NCBI GenBank assembly: GCA_036566705.1
Contig: DATCVX010000098.1
Location: 1-54,964 of the forward strand
Direction of reading: 5' to 3'
DNA from: Arthrobacter sp.
GTDB lineage: Bacteria; Actinomycetota; Actinomycetes; Actinomycetales; Micrococcaceae
Length of the DNA stretch: 54,964 nucleotides
The position numbers and the translations under genes are program-made. Shown here piece after piece: positions 9,605 through 19,264 of this stretch (positions are counted from its first letter, which is position 1; each line of letters starts with the position of its first letter). The notes beneath the pieces were generated by a model, which did no database searches, had not been told where the DNA came from, and worked only from the letters and a program-made list of their open reading frames with translations.

Positions 9605-10072
9605 ATGACCACAGATGCATCGATACCGGAGACCGCCGTGCTGCCGACTGAAGAGTGCTGGCGGTTGCTGCGGGGAGATTCCGTGGGCCGCCTGGCTGTG
9701 TGGGTGAACGACCACCCCGAGATCTTTCCCATCAATTACAGGGTTGATCATGGATCGCTCGTCTTCCGGACGGGTGCCGGCACCAAGCTTGCGTCCGCGT
9801 TGGGCAAGCCGGTGGCGCTTGAAGCCGATGGTGCTGACACCGATGGGGGCGTTGCCTGGAGTGTCGTCGTGAAAGGACCGGCCACAGCCCTCACCCGGAC
9901 CCCTGAAGTCCTGAACTCCGTATGACAGCTGCTGTTCCCTTGGGAGACAGGCCGCAAGGACCATTTCCTCCGTATTGTCCCCGAGAGTGTCACAGGACGG
10001 CGTTTCAAGATTGCCGCCCCGTTGACCTGGGGCGGTCCTTTGGACGAAGCCACCCGCGCCGGACTTGAATGA
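9605..10072 (+). pseudogene. Pyridoxamine 5'-phosphate oxidase (PNPOx)-like family protein with in-frame TGA at 9923-9925
   Basis: 'ECWRLL...VGRLAV...PEIFPINY...LVFRT..GTKL'; the same frame continues past the TGA as QLLFPWETGRKDHFLRIVPESVTGRRF, matching the intact paralog at 17166-17630. Confidence 0.8.
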
Positions 10073-10078
10073 CCGGTA

Positions 10079-11083
10079 ATGAGGGCATGGTGGGTTGAAG
10101 CGCCCGGTCCCATCGCATCGGGTCCGTTGCGTCTGGGCGAGCGGCCTGATCCTTCACCGGAGCACGGGGAGATCCTGATCTCGGTACGTGCCTGTGCTGT
10201 ATGCCGCACAGACCTCCACCTTGCTGAAGGTGACCTGCGGCCCCGTGCTGCGCGACGGATCCCTGGCCATGAAGTAGTCGGCGAAGTCGTGGGGCTAGGG
10301 GCCGGCAGCTCCCGCTTCCGCCTCGGCGAGCGGGTGGGAGCTGCCTGGCTGGCCCGTACCTGCGGCACCTGCCGATTCTGTGGCCGAGGGTCGGAGAATC
10401 TGTGCCTGGCCCCGACGTTCAACGGCTGGGATACCGATGGGGGCTACGCCGAGCTCATGACCGTCCACGAGGATTATGCGTACCGGATACCCGAGGTTTT
10501 TACTGATGAGCAAGCCGCACCTTTGCTGTGCGCAGGGATCATCGGATACCGGGCACTTCGGTGCTCCGGGTTGCCGCCGGGGGGCAAGCTCGGCATCTAC
10601 GGCTTTGGCGGGTCGGCCCACCTGACAGCGCAGATGGCAATGTACGAGGGCGCACGTGTCTACGTCATGACCCGATCGGCGGCGGCGCGGAGGCTGGCCC
10701 TTGAGCTGGGGGCAGAGTTCGCCGGGCCAGCTGAAGCCGACCCGCCGGAGCTGCTGGACGCGGCCATCCTCTTCGCTCCTGCGGGCGGACTGGTGCCAAA
10801 AGCGCTTCGCGCCCTGGACCGTGGGGGAACCCTGGCCGTCGCCGGCATCCACCTGAGTGGCATACCCGCCCTGGACTATCAAAAAGATCTCTTTCAGGAG
10901 CGACACCTGCGCAGCGTCACCGCCAACACGCGGGCCGACGGCCGCGAATTCCTGGCGCTGGCAGAGAGAATGCCCCTCCGCCCCACCACTGTTCCCTACT
11001 CGTGGACAAAGGCAGACCAGGCATTGCTGGACCTGTCCCTGGACCGCTACACCGGCGCTGCAGTGTTGCTCCGGTCAGCCTGA
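10079..11083 (+). CDS. Zinc-binding alcohol dehydrogenase (AdhA-like MDR)
   Basis: 'CRTDLH', 'GHE', structural Zn site CGTCRFCGRGSENLC, 'GIYGFGGSAH'. Confidence 0.9.
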   Translation: MRAWWVEAPGPIASGPLRLGERPDPSPEHGEILISVRACAVCRTDLHLAEGDLRPRAARRIPGHEVVGEVVGLGAGSSRFRLGERVGAAWLARTCGTCRFCGRGSENLCLAPTFNGWDTDGGYAELMTVHEDYAYRIPEVFTDEQAAPLLCAGIIGYRALRCSGLPPGGKLGIYGFGGSAHLTAQMAMYEGARVYVMTRSAAARRLALELGAEFAGPAEADPPELLDAAILFAPAGGLVPKALRALDRGGTLAVAGIHLSGIPALDYQKDLFQERHLRSVTANTRADGREFLALAERMPLRPTTVPYSWTKADQALLDLSLDRYTGAAVLLRSA

Positions 11084-11109
11084 GGCGCCGGAGGAATCCG
11101 GGTAGCTTG

Positions 11110-11123
11110 GTGACCTTCGGCCC
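11110..11123. promoter_or_regulatory. DosR-box-like site GTGACCTTCGGCCC
   Basis: Centred 43.5 nt upstream of the USP ATG at 11160. Confidence 0.65.
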
Positions 11124-11159
11124 TACGCGCGCCGGCGGATCCCGGGGGAAACTACTGCC

Positions 11160-11669
11160 ATGACTCCTGAAATGCCGGCAATAGTAGTGGGCGTGGACGG
11201 AAGCGCTCCTTCCATACTCGCACTGCGCTGGGCCGGCGTACTGGCTCCGCTGCTTAAGGCGCCCATCCGGGCCGTGACCTGCTGGCAGTTCCAGATCGCC
11301 GTCGGGACCTTCACTCCAGTCATCTGGGACCCTGAACAGGAAGCCCGCAACGTGGGTGCCGCGGCCGTGGACACGGCGTTCGGCCGCGTGCCTCCTGCCG
11401 GAATCGAACTGGTCGCTTCCCAAGGTCAGGCGGCCAAGGTACTGGTCGAAGAAAGCAAGTCAGCGCAGCTGGTAGTAGTCGGCAGCCGCGGCCACGGAGG
11501 AATCGAAGGTCTACTGCTGGGTTCCGTTAGCGCTGCGGTGGCCGAGCACGCTAAGTGCCCGGTCCTCGTCGCTCGCGGTACCAGCCTGCCGCCAGGGCTC
11601 TCAGACGCACCCGGGCAGTCATCCGGGGCAGGGGGCGGCGAGGCCGGGTCCAGCCATGCCCTCCCCTGA
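11160..11669 (+). CDS. Universal stress protein (single domain)
   Basis: 'IVVGVDGS', 'VVGSRGHGG...LGSVS...CPVLV'. Confidence 0.92.
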   Translation: MTPEMPAIVVGVDGSAPSILALRWAGVLAPLLKAPIRAVTCWQFQIAVGTFTPVIWDPEQEARNVGAAAVDTAFGRVPPAGIELVASQGQAAKVLVEESKSAQLVVVGSRGHGGIEGLLLGSVSAAVAEHAKCPVLVARGTSLPPGLSDAPGQSSGAGGGEAGSSHALP

Positions 11670-12522
11670 CCGCATTGTTGTCGGCTTCGACGGATCGGCT
11701 GAAGCCGCCCTCGCCGTGCGGTGGGCTGCACGGCATGCTTCGCTCATGGACTGCGAGCTGCAGGTGGTCCATTGCTCGCTCTGGCCGCTGCTGACCCACG
11801 ACCTTGGTCCCGTCAAAGGCGTCGCGGACAGCGGCTTGCGGCATCAGGCTCAGGCCATCCTTGATGAGGGCAAAGCTGAGGCCCTGTCAGCAGCGCCCCG
11901 GGCCAACATCGGGAGCAGCCTCCACTACGGACTCCCGGCGGCCCACTTCCGCCGGATCGCGGAGGATGCGAGGATGCTGGTTCTTGGCAGCCGCGGGATC
12001 GGGGGCTTTATGGGACTCCTGGTCGGATCAGTAAGCCTGGAACTCGCGGCCACGGCCTCCTGTCCCGTTGCGGTCATCCGGTTCGACAACAACAGCGCGG
12101 GGCGCATCGTGGTGGGAGTGGACTCTTCCGGCTCGGCTGACGCCCTGAACATTGCCTGTGCCCTGGCCCGGGCTACGGGAGCGGACCTGATCATCCTCCA
12201 TGTCGTCCGTCCTCGTGATAGCGCAGGAAACAAGGCTGGAGACGGCCAGGGAGCGGCCCGCCGGCTCCTTATGAGCGCGGCTGACAGCGCCCGGGCCCAG
12301 GCTCCGGACGTGGCTGTCAGCCAGCACTTCGCGCAGGACAGTTCCATCCCGCGGGCGCTGCTCAACGCCGCCCGCGGTGCCGCCCTCATCGTTGTCGGCA
12401 GCAAAGGACGGGGGATCCTGAGGGGAACCATCGGATCAAACGCCCATGCCGTCCTTCACCATGCCACTTGCCCCGTCCTGATTTCCCGGCAGCCGGAGCC
12501 TGGCGGCGCGGCGGCAATGTGA
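11656..12522 (+). CDS. Universal stress protein (tandem domain)
   Basis: Two USP domains, each with 'IVVG.D' and 'GS.G.G...GS...CPV'. Confidence 0.92.
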   Translation: MPSPDRIVVGFDGSAEAALAVRWAARHASLMDCELQVVHCSLWPLLTHDLGPVKGVADSGLRHQAQAILDEGKAEALSAAPRANIGSSLHYGLPAAHFRRIAEDARMLVLGSRGIGGFMGLLVGSVSLELAATASCPVAVIRFDNNSAGRIVVGVDSSGSADALNIACALARATGADLIILHVVRPRDSAGNKAGDGQGAARRLLMSAADSARAQAPDVAVSQHFAQDSSIPRALLNAARGAALIVVGSKGRGILRGTIGSNAHAVLHHATCPVLISRQPEPGGAAAM

Positions 12523-12550
12523 AGAACTGAGCGGACGCCGTCGGACTTAC

Positions 12551-12564
12551 GGGACCTTTGTCCC
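12551..12564. promoter_or_regulatory. DosR-box-like site GGGACCTTTGTCCC
   Basis: 12/14 match to consensus with perfect GGGAC/GTCCC arms; upstream of the ADH-flavodoxin-ATPase operon. Confidence 0.75.
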
Positions 12565-12653
12565 TTACCCCTGGTCCGACCGGGCGTCATCGTTGAGGTG
12601 GAGCGGCATTCCGCGCAGTGGAACCCCACGATCAATGACAGGCAGGAACGGTT

Positions 12654-13709
12654 ATGAAAGCCATCGTTTACGGAGGTCCGGGGAAGAAGTCCTGGACGGA
12701 AGTACCCGATCCGTCCATACGGAACCCCACCGACGCCATTGTCAAAGTGGACACCACCACCATCTGCGGGACGGATCTGCACATCCTCAAGGGTGATGTG
12801 CCGGCTGTGACGGTAGGCAGAATCCTTGGCCACGAAGGAGTGGGCACCATTACTGAGGTGGGATCGTCCGTCACCAGCCTGAAACAGGGCGACCGCGTGA
12901 TTATCTCCTGCATCAAATCGTGCGGGCACTGTGCCAACTGCAAGGGCGGCCTCTACTCGCACTGCATGGGTGATGAGGGCGCCGCGGGCATCGGCTGGGT
13001 CTTCGGCCACCTGATCGACGGCACGCAGGCCGAATACGTGCGGGTCCCGTACGCCGAAAACTCCCTGCACCTGCTGCCCGACGGCGTCAGCGACGAGCAG
13101 GCCGTCATGCTGTCTGACATCCTCCCCACGGGCTTTGAAATCGGCGTGCAGTACGGCCGGGTCAAGCCCGGCGACACGGTGGCGGTGGTTGGGGCAGGTC
13201 CGGTCGGGCTGGCCGCAATCGCCACCGCGGGGCTCTACGGAGCTGCCACCATCATCGCCGTCGACCTTGACGCGAACCGCCTGGAGAAGTCCCGGGACTT
13301 CGGCGCCACCGATGTGGTCCGTTCAGGCGACGCCGACTGGAAGGAGCAGGTGCTGGGCCTTACAGACGGCCAGGGCGTGGACGTGGCCATCGAGGCAGTG
13401 GGCATTCCTGCGACCTTCAGCATGTGCACCGAGATCGTCCGGCCGGGCGGGAACGTGGCCAACGTCGGGGTACACGGCAAGTCCGTGGAACTGCACGTGG
13501 AGAACCTCTGGATCCAGAACATCAACATCAGCATGGGACTCGTCAACGCCAACACGACTCCCATGCTGCTGAAGCTGGTTGCCCAGAAGAAGCTTCCGGC
13601 TGAAAAGTTCGCGACACACCACTTCCGATTTGATCAGTTCATCGACGCCTACGACACTTTCAGCCGGGCTGCGGAGACAAACGCACTAAAGGTGGTGATC
13701 ACCGCATGA
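12654..13709 (+). CDS. Zinc-dependent alcohol dehydrogenase (FDH-like MDR)
   Basis: 'CGTDLH', 'GHEG', CGHCANCKGGLYSHC, 'SDILPTG', 'GAGPVG'. Confidence 0.92.
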   Translation: MKAIVYGGPGKKSWTEVPDPSIRNPTDAIVKVDTTTICGTDLHILKGDVPAVTVGRILGHEGVGTITEVGSSVTSLKQGDRVIISCIKSCGHCANCKGGLYSHCMGDEGAAGIGWVFGHLIDGTQAEYVRVPYAENSLHLLPDGVSDEQAVMLSDILPTGFEIGVQYGRVKPGDTVAVVGAGPVGLAAIATAGLYGAATIIAVDLDANRLEKSRDFGATDVVRSGDADWKEQVLGLTDGQGVDVAIEAVGIPATFSMCTEIVRPGGNVANVGVHGKSVELHVENLWIQNINISMGLVNANTTPMLLKLVAQKKLPAEKFATHHFRFDQFIDAYDTFSRAAETNALKVVITA

Positions 13710-14164
13710 AAGGCTACGTTGTCTTCGATTCCACCTACGGGAACACCAAAGCGGTTGCCGAGGCTGTTGCAGAAGGCCTCAAACCTGTCCGCGCCGCAGC
13801 TGTTTCCGTGACGGAGTTCAACCCCGGGATCCTGGCCGGCGGCGATCTGCTCATCGTCGGCTCCCCCATCAACGGCTGGCGGCCCACGCCCAAAATCACA
13901 GAACTGCTGGGGCAGTTGGGCAACGGCAAGCTCAAGGGCATCAAGGCGGCCGCATTCGACACCCGCGTCCGATTCTTCATCCATGGCGACGCCGCCAGGA
14001 AGATCACCAGACTGCTCACGGAAGGCGGCGCCCACATCATTTCCCAACCTGCTCCGTTCTACGTCCGGGGCACCGAAGGCCCGCTGCGCGCCGGAGAGCT
14101 GGAGAGAGCAGCAAGCTGGGCCAGGAATCTGGCCTCCGAATTCGAACAGAAGGCAACATCATGA
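13706..14164 (+). CDS. Flavodoxin family protein
   Basis: 'FDSTYGNT', 'VGSP', 'AFDTR', 'GELERA..W'. Confidence 0.88.
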   Translation: MKGYVVFDSTYGNTKAVAEAVAEGLKPVRAAAVSVTEFNPGILAGGDLLIVGSPINGWRPTPKITELLGQLGNGKLKGIKAAAFDTRVRFFIHGDAARKITRLLTEGGAHIISQPAPFYVRGTEGPLRAGELERAASWARNLASEFEQKATS

Positions 14165-14694
14165 GAGCAGCCATAGTTTACGAATCCCTCTACGGCAACA
14201 CCCACGCCATTGCCGATGCGATAGCGCAAGGACTGGAGGGTGCCGCCGAGGCACGCGTGATGTCCGTCGAAGAGGCAGGGCAGACGCCGCCCACCGCCAC
14301 TGACCTGCTGGTGGTGGGAGGACCGACCCACATCCACGGCATGAGCAGGAAGCCGATGTGGGAACTGGCAGTCAAAGATGCCCTTGAACACCCGGAGAAG
14401 GGGCTGGTCCCGGACTCCGCGGCGGCCGGACCGGGCCTGCGGGCATGGTTCGATTCGCTGGACAAAGCAACCGGAAAAGCGGCTGCCTTCGACACCCGGC
14501 TGGAGGGCAACAAGCTGCTGACCGGTCAGGCGTCCAAAGGCATAGCGAAGCGGCTCAAACAGCACGGCCTTGAGCTCATCGCCGAGCCTGCGAGCTTCCT
14601 CGTTGATGACACAAACCAGCTCTTGCCTGGAGAACTCGACCGGGCGCGCGAATGGGGGAATACGCTCGGCGCCGCCCTCTTTGCGGCACCCTGA
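14161..14694 (+). CDS. Flavodoxin family protein
   Basis: 'YESLYGNT', 'VGGPTH', 'AFDTR', 'GELDRAREW'. Confidence 0.88.
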   Translation: MRAAIVYESLYGNTHAIADAIAQGLEGAAEARVMSVEEAGQTPPTATDLLVVGGPTHIHGMSRKPMWELAVKDALEHPEKGLVPDSAAAGPGLRAWFDSLDKATGKAAAFDTRLEGNKLLTGQASKGIAKRLKQHGLELIAEPASFLVDDTNQLLPGELDRAREWGNTLGAALFAAP

Positions 14695-14703
14695 GGGAGG
14701 CCC

Positions 14704-17169
14704 GTGAGCACGGCGGCGGCGCCCTATCCGCCCGGGGCTGATGCTCCCGCAGGATCCGGCCTATCAGCCGGGGACGTGATGGAACGAACGCTTGCGGGGC
14801 TGGCGAACGGTGTTCCGGACAGCTCGAGCAGAACGCTGTGGCAAATTGTCCGGGCCAACGTGCTGACCCTGTTCAACGGGATTGTTGGCGGCTGCTTCCT
14901 GCTGTTGCTGTTGCTGGGGCAGTGGCAGGACGCGCTCTTCGGATTCGCCGCGCTCAGCAACGCCGTCATCGGCGTGGTCCAGGAGTTCAGGGCCAAGAGG
15001 CTGCTTGACCGGCTGGCTGTCATGGATGCCCCCGGCGCCAGGGTGCTCCGCGACGGCCAGGTGCAGGAAATAGCTGTTGCGGACGTGGTCCTGGGCGACA
15101 TTGCCGTTCTGCAGGCCGGCGACCAGGTGGTGGCGGACGCCGTCGTCGTCGACGACACTGGCCTGGAGGTTGACGAGTCCCTCCTCACCGGTGAGTCGGA
15201 GGCCGTGGACAAGGACCGGGGCTCGACAGTGCTCTCTGGCTCCACCATCACAGCCGGCCAGGGCAGGGCACGGGTGGTGGCCGTCGGGGCGGGTTCTTAC
15301 GCCAGCCGGCTTACTGCCGAAGCCAAACGTTTTTCGCTGGTCAATTCAGAGATCCGGAACGGGATCGACCGCGTCCTTCACTGGATCAGCTGGGCACTCC
15401 TGCCCGTCGTGGCGATTGTCACCAACGGCCAGATGCAGGCAAAGGGGGGCTGGGAGGCGGCGTTCCGCACCGGGGCGTGGGTGGAAGCCGTCGTTGGCGC
15501 CGTGGCCGGGGCCATCGCGATGATCCCACTGGGCCTGGTGCTGATGACCAGCGTTGCCTTTGCCGTCGGGGGCGTCCGGCTGGCCCGCCAGAACGTGCTG
15601 GTGCAGGAGCTCGCGGCCGTGGAGGGGCTGGCCCGTGTGGACATTCTGTGCATCGACAAGACCGGCACCCTGACGGAGGGCAGGGTGGTGTTCGACGGCG
15701 TGCACTTTGTTGACAGGTCATCCCCGCCGGGCTGGGCGGAGGCCCTGGGATGGTTCGGCGCCGACCCCCACGCCAACGCCACCGCCCGCAGCCTCGCGGG
15801 CACCTTCGCTTTTGATGGCAACCGGGTCCCGGCCGCCGTCGTTCCTTTTTCTTCCGCCCGGAAGTGGAGCGCAGCGAGTTTCCATCCGCCGCATGCTGCT
15901 GCAGGCACGTGGGTGCTGGGCGCACCCGAGATGGTGTTGCGGGGGGACAGCGGAGCCTCCAATGACGTCCTGATCCGGTCGCGCCGTCTCGCGTCGGCGG
16001 GTTTGCGCACGCTGGTTTTGGCTTACTCCCACGACGTTGTACCCACAGGGGATCCCGACAGCGTGCAACTGCCCGCAGGGCTTACCGCCGCGAGACTCGT
16101 GACCTTCCGGGAAAAGGTCCGCCCGGATGCAGCGCAGACGCTGTCCTATTTGCGTCAACAGGGTGTTGCCGTGAAGATCCTCTCCGGCGATGACCACCGG
16201 ACGGTCACAGCGGTTGCCCGTGAGGTGGGGGTCGACGTCGGCGAAGGTTACGACGCCCGGCAGCTGCCCTCAGAACCGCACCTGATGGAGGAAACGCTGG
16301 ACCGCTTTTCCGTGTTCGGCCGTGTGACGCCCCAACAGAAAAGGGACATGGTCCTGGCGCTGAAGAGAATGGGCCACACCGTCGCCATGACGGGCGACGG
16401 CGTCAATGACGCCCTGGCAATGAAGGAAGCCGATCTCGGCATCGCCATGGACACCGCGGCTCCAGCCACCAAAGCGGTGGCCCGCCTGGTGCTGTTGGAC
16501 GGGCGGTTCGACCGGCTTCCGGCCGTCCTCGCGGAGGGCCGCCAGGTCATCGCCAACATTGAGCGGGTCTCGGTACTGTTCCTGAGCAAAACGATGTACG
16601 CCGTGGCACTGTCCGTGGCGTTCGGGGCGCTGATGTGGAGCTTTCCGTTCCTGCCGCGGCAGCTCTCGGCCACTGACGGGCTCACGATCGGCATCCCCGC
16701 GTTCTTTTTGGCCCTGATGAGCAATCCCCGCCGCTACCGGCCCGGATTTTTGAAGCGGTCACTGACCATGGCGGTCCCGGCCGGGCTCATCGTCGCGACG
16801 GCGGTCCTGGCTGTGCAGGTGTATTCCGAAGCGGCGGGCGGCTTCAATGCCGGAGCGAACCGTACGGCATCGGTGGTGACGCTGTCCCTGGTCGCTCTCA
16901 GCATTCTGGCGGCTGTCAGCCGCCCGATCAGCCGCCTCCGCCTGGTCATCATCGCCGCCATGTGCGCCGGGCTTGTCCTGCTGATGACCGTTCCCATCCT
17001 GCGGGAATTCTTTATGCTCGAATGGCCTCCGCCTGAACTCTCAGCTGCCGCTCTTGGCGCAGCCGCCGTCAGTATCCTTGCGGTCGTGGCGCTGAGCCGG
17101 ATGCACGCGCGGCAGTACCCCGCCGAGGGACCGGAGAAGGTGACTCAGCCCTCAGCGTCGCGGCCTTAG
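14704..17169 (+). CDS. P-type ATPase, CtpE-like, with atypical M4 motif IPLGL
   Basis: TGES, DKTGTLT, SGD, GDGVND motifs; M4 reads PLGL rather than PEGL. Confidence 0.9.
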   Translation: MSTAAAPYPPGADAPAGSGLSAGDVMERTLAGLANGVPDSSSRTLWQIVRANVLTLFNGIVGGCFLLLLLLGQWQDALFGFAALSNAVIGVVQEFRAKRLLDRLAVMDAPGARVLRDGQVQEIAVADVVLGDIAVLQAGDQVVADAVVVDDTGLEVDESLLTGESEAVDKDRGSTVLSGSTITAGQGRARVVAVGAGSYASRLTAEAKRFSLVNSEIRNGIDRVLHWISWALLPVVAIVTNGQMQAKGGWEAAFRTGAWVEAVVGAVAGAIAMIPLGLVLMTSVAFAVGGVRLARQNVLVQELAAVEGLARVDILCIDKTGTLTEGRVVFDGVHFVDRSSPPGWAEALGWFGADPHANATARSLAGTFAFDGNRVPAAVVPFSSARKWSAASFHPPHAAAGTWVLGAPEMVLRGDSGASNDVLIRSRRLASAGLRTLVLAYSHDVVPTGDPDSVQLPAGLTAARLVTFREKVRPDAAQTLSYLRQQGVAVKILSGDDHRTVTAVAREVGVDVGEGYDARQLPSEPHLMEETLDRFSVFGRVTPQQKRDMVLALKRMGHTVAMTGDGVNDALAMKEADLGIAMDTAAPATKAVARLVLLDGRFDRLPAVLAEGRQVIANIERVSVLFLSKTMYAVALSVAFGALMWSFPFLPRQLSATDGLTIGIPAFFLALMSNPRRYRPGFLKRSLTMAVPAGLIVATAVLAVQVYSEAAGGFNAGANRTASVVTLSLVALSILAAVSRPISRLRLVIIAAMCAGLVLLMTVPILREFFMLEWPPPELSAAALGAAAVSILAVVALSRMHARQYPAEGPEKVTQPSASRP

Positions 17170-17630
17170 AGCCAGTCCGCTGCAAAGTCCTGGGGCGGCC
17201 ACCAGCGCGTGCGCGGCGAAACCGCGAACCTGCGCCCGGAGACCTCCGTGGGGGCGATTTGCACCAGATGATCCTTGAGCCCCGGCTGCCAGGGCTCACG
17301 GTCAGGACCGGCTTCCTTGAGGCTCGCCGGATCTCCCTCAAACGGTCCCGGCATTCCCTTGAGCACAACGCTCCAGACTTCGGTGGCGTAGGCGTCCATC
17401 CCATCCGCCTCAAAGGCCACAGGGGCGCCGCTGACGAGGGCACGAAGTTTCGTGCCGGGCGCCGTCCGGAAAACCACTGTTTCTCCGACAACCATGAAGT
17501 TCAGGGGAAAGATCTCGGGCACCGCACCGTTGAGTACGGCCAGGCGTCCGATGTAGCTTGACTTCAGGTACTTCCAGCAGTCGGCCGGGGCGAGAACTTC
17601 CGTGTGGGATTCCAAGGGGGAGCTGCTCAT
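17166..17630 (-). CDS. PNPOx-like (flavin-binding) family protein
   Basis: 'DCWKYL..SYIGRLAV...PEIFP...VFRTAPGTKL...EVSGRRF'; -10 TAGGAT 7 nt before ATG 17630 suggests a leaderless mRNA. Confidence 0.85.
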   Translation of the reverse strand: MSSSPLESHTEVLAPADCWKYLKSSYIGRLAVLNGAVPEIFPLNFMVVGETVVFRTAPGTKLRALVSGAPVAFEADGMDAYATEVWSVVLKGMPGPFEGDPASLKEAGPDREPWQPGLKDHLVQIAPTEVSGRRFAVSPRTRWWPPQDFAADWL

Positions 17631-17700
17631 GCCACTGATCCTAGCCCTCACGTCCCAGTTGCACTGAACCGCACCGTCAGCGCAACCTTTCCGGGCGGTC

Positions 17701-17714
17701 AGGACCAAAGCCTC
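17701..17714. promoter_or_regulatory. DosR-box-like site AGGACCAAAGCCTC
   Basis: Divergent PNPOx-like/hsp20 region; reverse complement of 17700-17716 is 16/17 identical to the sites at 21697 and 29965. Confidence 0.6.
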
Positions 17715-17795
17715 TGGGTCCTCCCGGCCCGGTGTCCGACCCTTAAGGAGTCGGGCACAGCTTGCCCCGACGGTCATCCAAGCAAAGAGGCAGAC

Positions 17796-18218
17796 ATGGC
17801 AGATTTGATGAAATGGTTTGATACCCGGCGCTCCCCCGTTGAGATGATTGAACGGCTTTTCGAAGGCGACACCGTTGCGTCCGGGATCCGCGTCGAAGAA
17901 TCAGTTGACGGCGACACCCTTGTGGTCCGGGCCGAACTTCCAGGGATCGATCCTGACAAGGACGTCAGCGTCACCATCGTTGACGGCGCCCTTGAGATCA
18001 AGGCGGAGCGCAGGGAAAAAACCGAGCAGAAGGACAAGAACAGTTACCGCTCGGAATTTCGGTATGGCTCGTTTGTCCGGAGGCTGGCCCTTCCTGACGG
18101 CGTTCAACAGGAGGACATCACTGCCTCCTACAAGGACGGGGTACTGGAAGTCAGGACGCCTGTGCCGACGGCCGGGCAGCAGCCCCCGGCGAGGAAGATC
18201 GAGATAACGCGCAGCTGA
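17796..18218 (+). CDS. Hsp20/alpha-crystallin small heat shock protein (HspX/Acr-like)
   Basis: 'VRAELPGIDPDKDV', 'RSEFRYGSFVR...LP', 'ASYKDGVLEV'; SD AGAGG. Confidence 0.93.
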   Translation: MADLMKWFDTRRSPVEMIERLFEGDTVASGIRVEESVDGDTLVVRAELPGIDPDKDVSVTIVDGALEIKAERREKTEQKDKNSYRSEFRYGSFVRRLALPDGVQQEDITASYKDGVLEVRTPVPTAGQQPPARKIEITRS

Positions 18219-18238
18219 CAGCAGGGCCCGGCCCGGGA

Positions 18239-19264
18239 TCAGCCGAACAGGACCGCTGCCTCCCGGTAACGGTCCTCGGGAACGGTCTTGAGCCGGCCCA
18301 GCGCAGCGTCGAATCCTACGTTCACAATGCTTGTACCGCGCAGGGAGAGCATGGTCCCCCACCGGCCGGTGGCGGTGGATTCGACGGCGGCCATGCCCAG
18401 ACGTGTAGCCAGCACCCTGTCAAAGGCAGTGGGAACGCCACCCCGCTGGATATGGCCTAAAGCCGTGGCCCTGGTTTCGATGCCGGTAAGCCCCTGCAGT
18501 TCATGCTCCAGAAGCGTGGCGATTCCGCCCAGCCGGGGCCTGCCGAAGGTGTCAACGCCCCGGGGCGAGTACGGTTTGTCCTGGCCTTCCAGGGTAAAAG
18601 CCTCTGCCACAACCACCAGTGGCGCCCGTCCGCGTTCGTGTGCGGACTGCACCCACCGGGCAACCTGCTCCAACGAAACCCTATGTTCCGGAATGAGGAT
18701 GGCGTGGGCACCCGAAGCCATCCCCGCGTGAAGGGCTATCCAGCCGGCGTTCCTGCCCATGACTTCTGCGATCATGCAGCGGTGATGCGACTCCCCCGTG
18801 GTGCGCAGCCTGTCGATGGCCTCCGTCGCCGTCTGGACCGCAGTGTCGAAGCCGAAAGTAAAATCGGTGGCATCGAGGTCATTGTCGATGGTCTTCGGAA
18901 CTCCTATAACCCTGACTCCCTCGTTTGACAGTGCCTGCGCGGCCGCCAGGGTCCCCTCTCCCCCGATGGCCAGCAGGCCGTCGACACCGAGACGGCTGAG
19001 GCTTCCGCGCACCGCCTCCACTCCGCCGTCCTTCAGCGGATTGGTCCTCGACGTACCCAGGATCGTTCCGCCAAGCCGGGCAAGTCCCCGCACCGCCTGG
19101 CGCGGCAATGGGATGACATCACCCTCAAGAACCCCGTGCCACCCGTCCCGGAAACCGACGAAGTCGTACCCGTGCGAAATGACGCCACGCAGCACCGCAC
19201 CGCGGATCACGGCATTCAGTCCGGGGCAGTCTCCACCGCTGGTCAGGATGCCAAGCCTGGTCAC
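18239..19264 (-). CDS. pfkA: 6-phosphofructokinase (probably ATP-dependent)
   Basis: 'TSGGDCPGLNA', 'GGEGT', 'PKTIDND', 'EVMGR', 'GHIQRGG'. Confidence 0.93.
   Translation of the reverse strand: MTRLGILTSGGDCPGLNAVIRGAVLRGVISHGYDFVGFRDGWHGVLEGDVIPLPRQAVRGLARLGGTILGTSRTNPLKDGGVEAVRGSLSRLGVDGLLAIGGEGTLAAAQALSNEGVRVIGVPKTIDNDLDATDFTFGFDTAVQTATEAIDRLRTTGESHHRCMIAEVMGRNAGWIALHAGMASGAHAILIPEHRVSLEQVARWVQSAHERGRAPLVVVAEAFTLEGQDKPYSPRGVDTFGRPRLGGIATLLEHELQGLTGIETRATALGHIQRGGVPTAFDRVLATRLGMAAVESTATGRWGTMLSLRGTSIVNVGFDAALGRLKTVPEDRYREAAVLFG

Noticed and set aside
9923-9925. Selenocysteine reading of the in-frame TGA
   Set aside because: The paralog has no Cys at this position, I could not see a convincing SECIS hairpin, and no sel genes are in the window.
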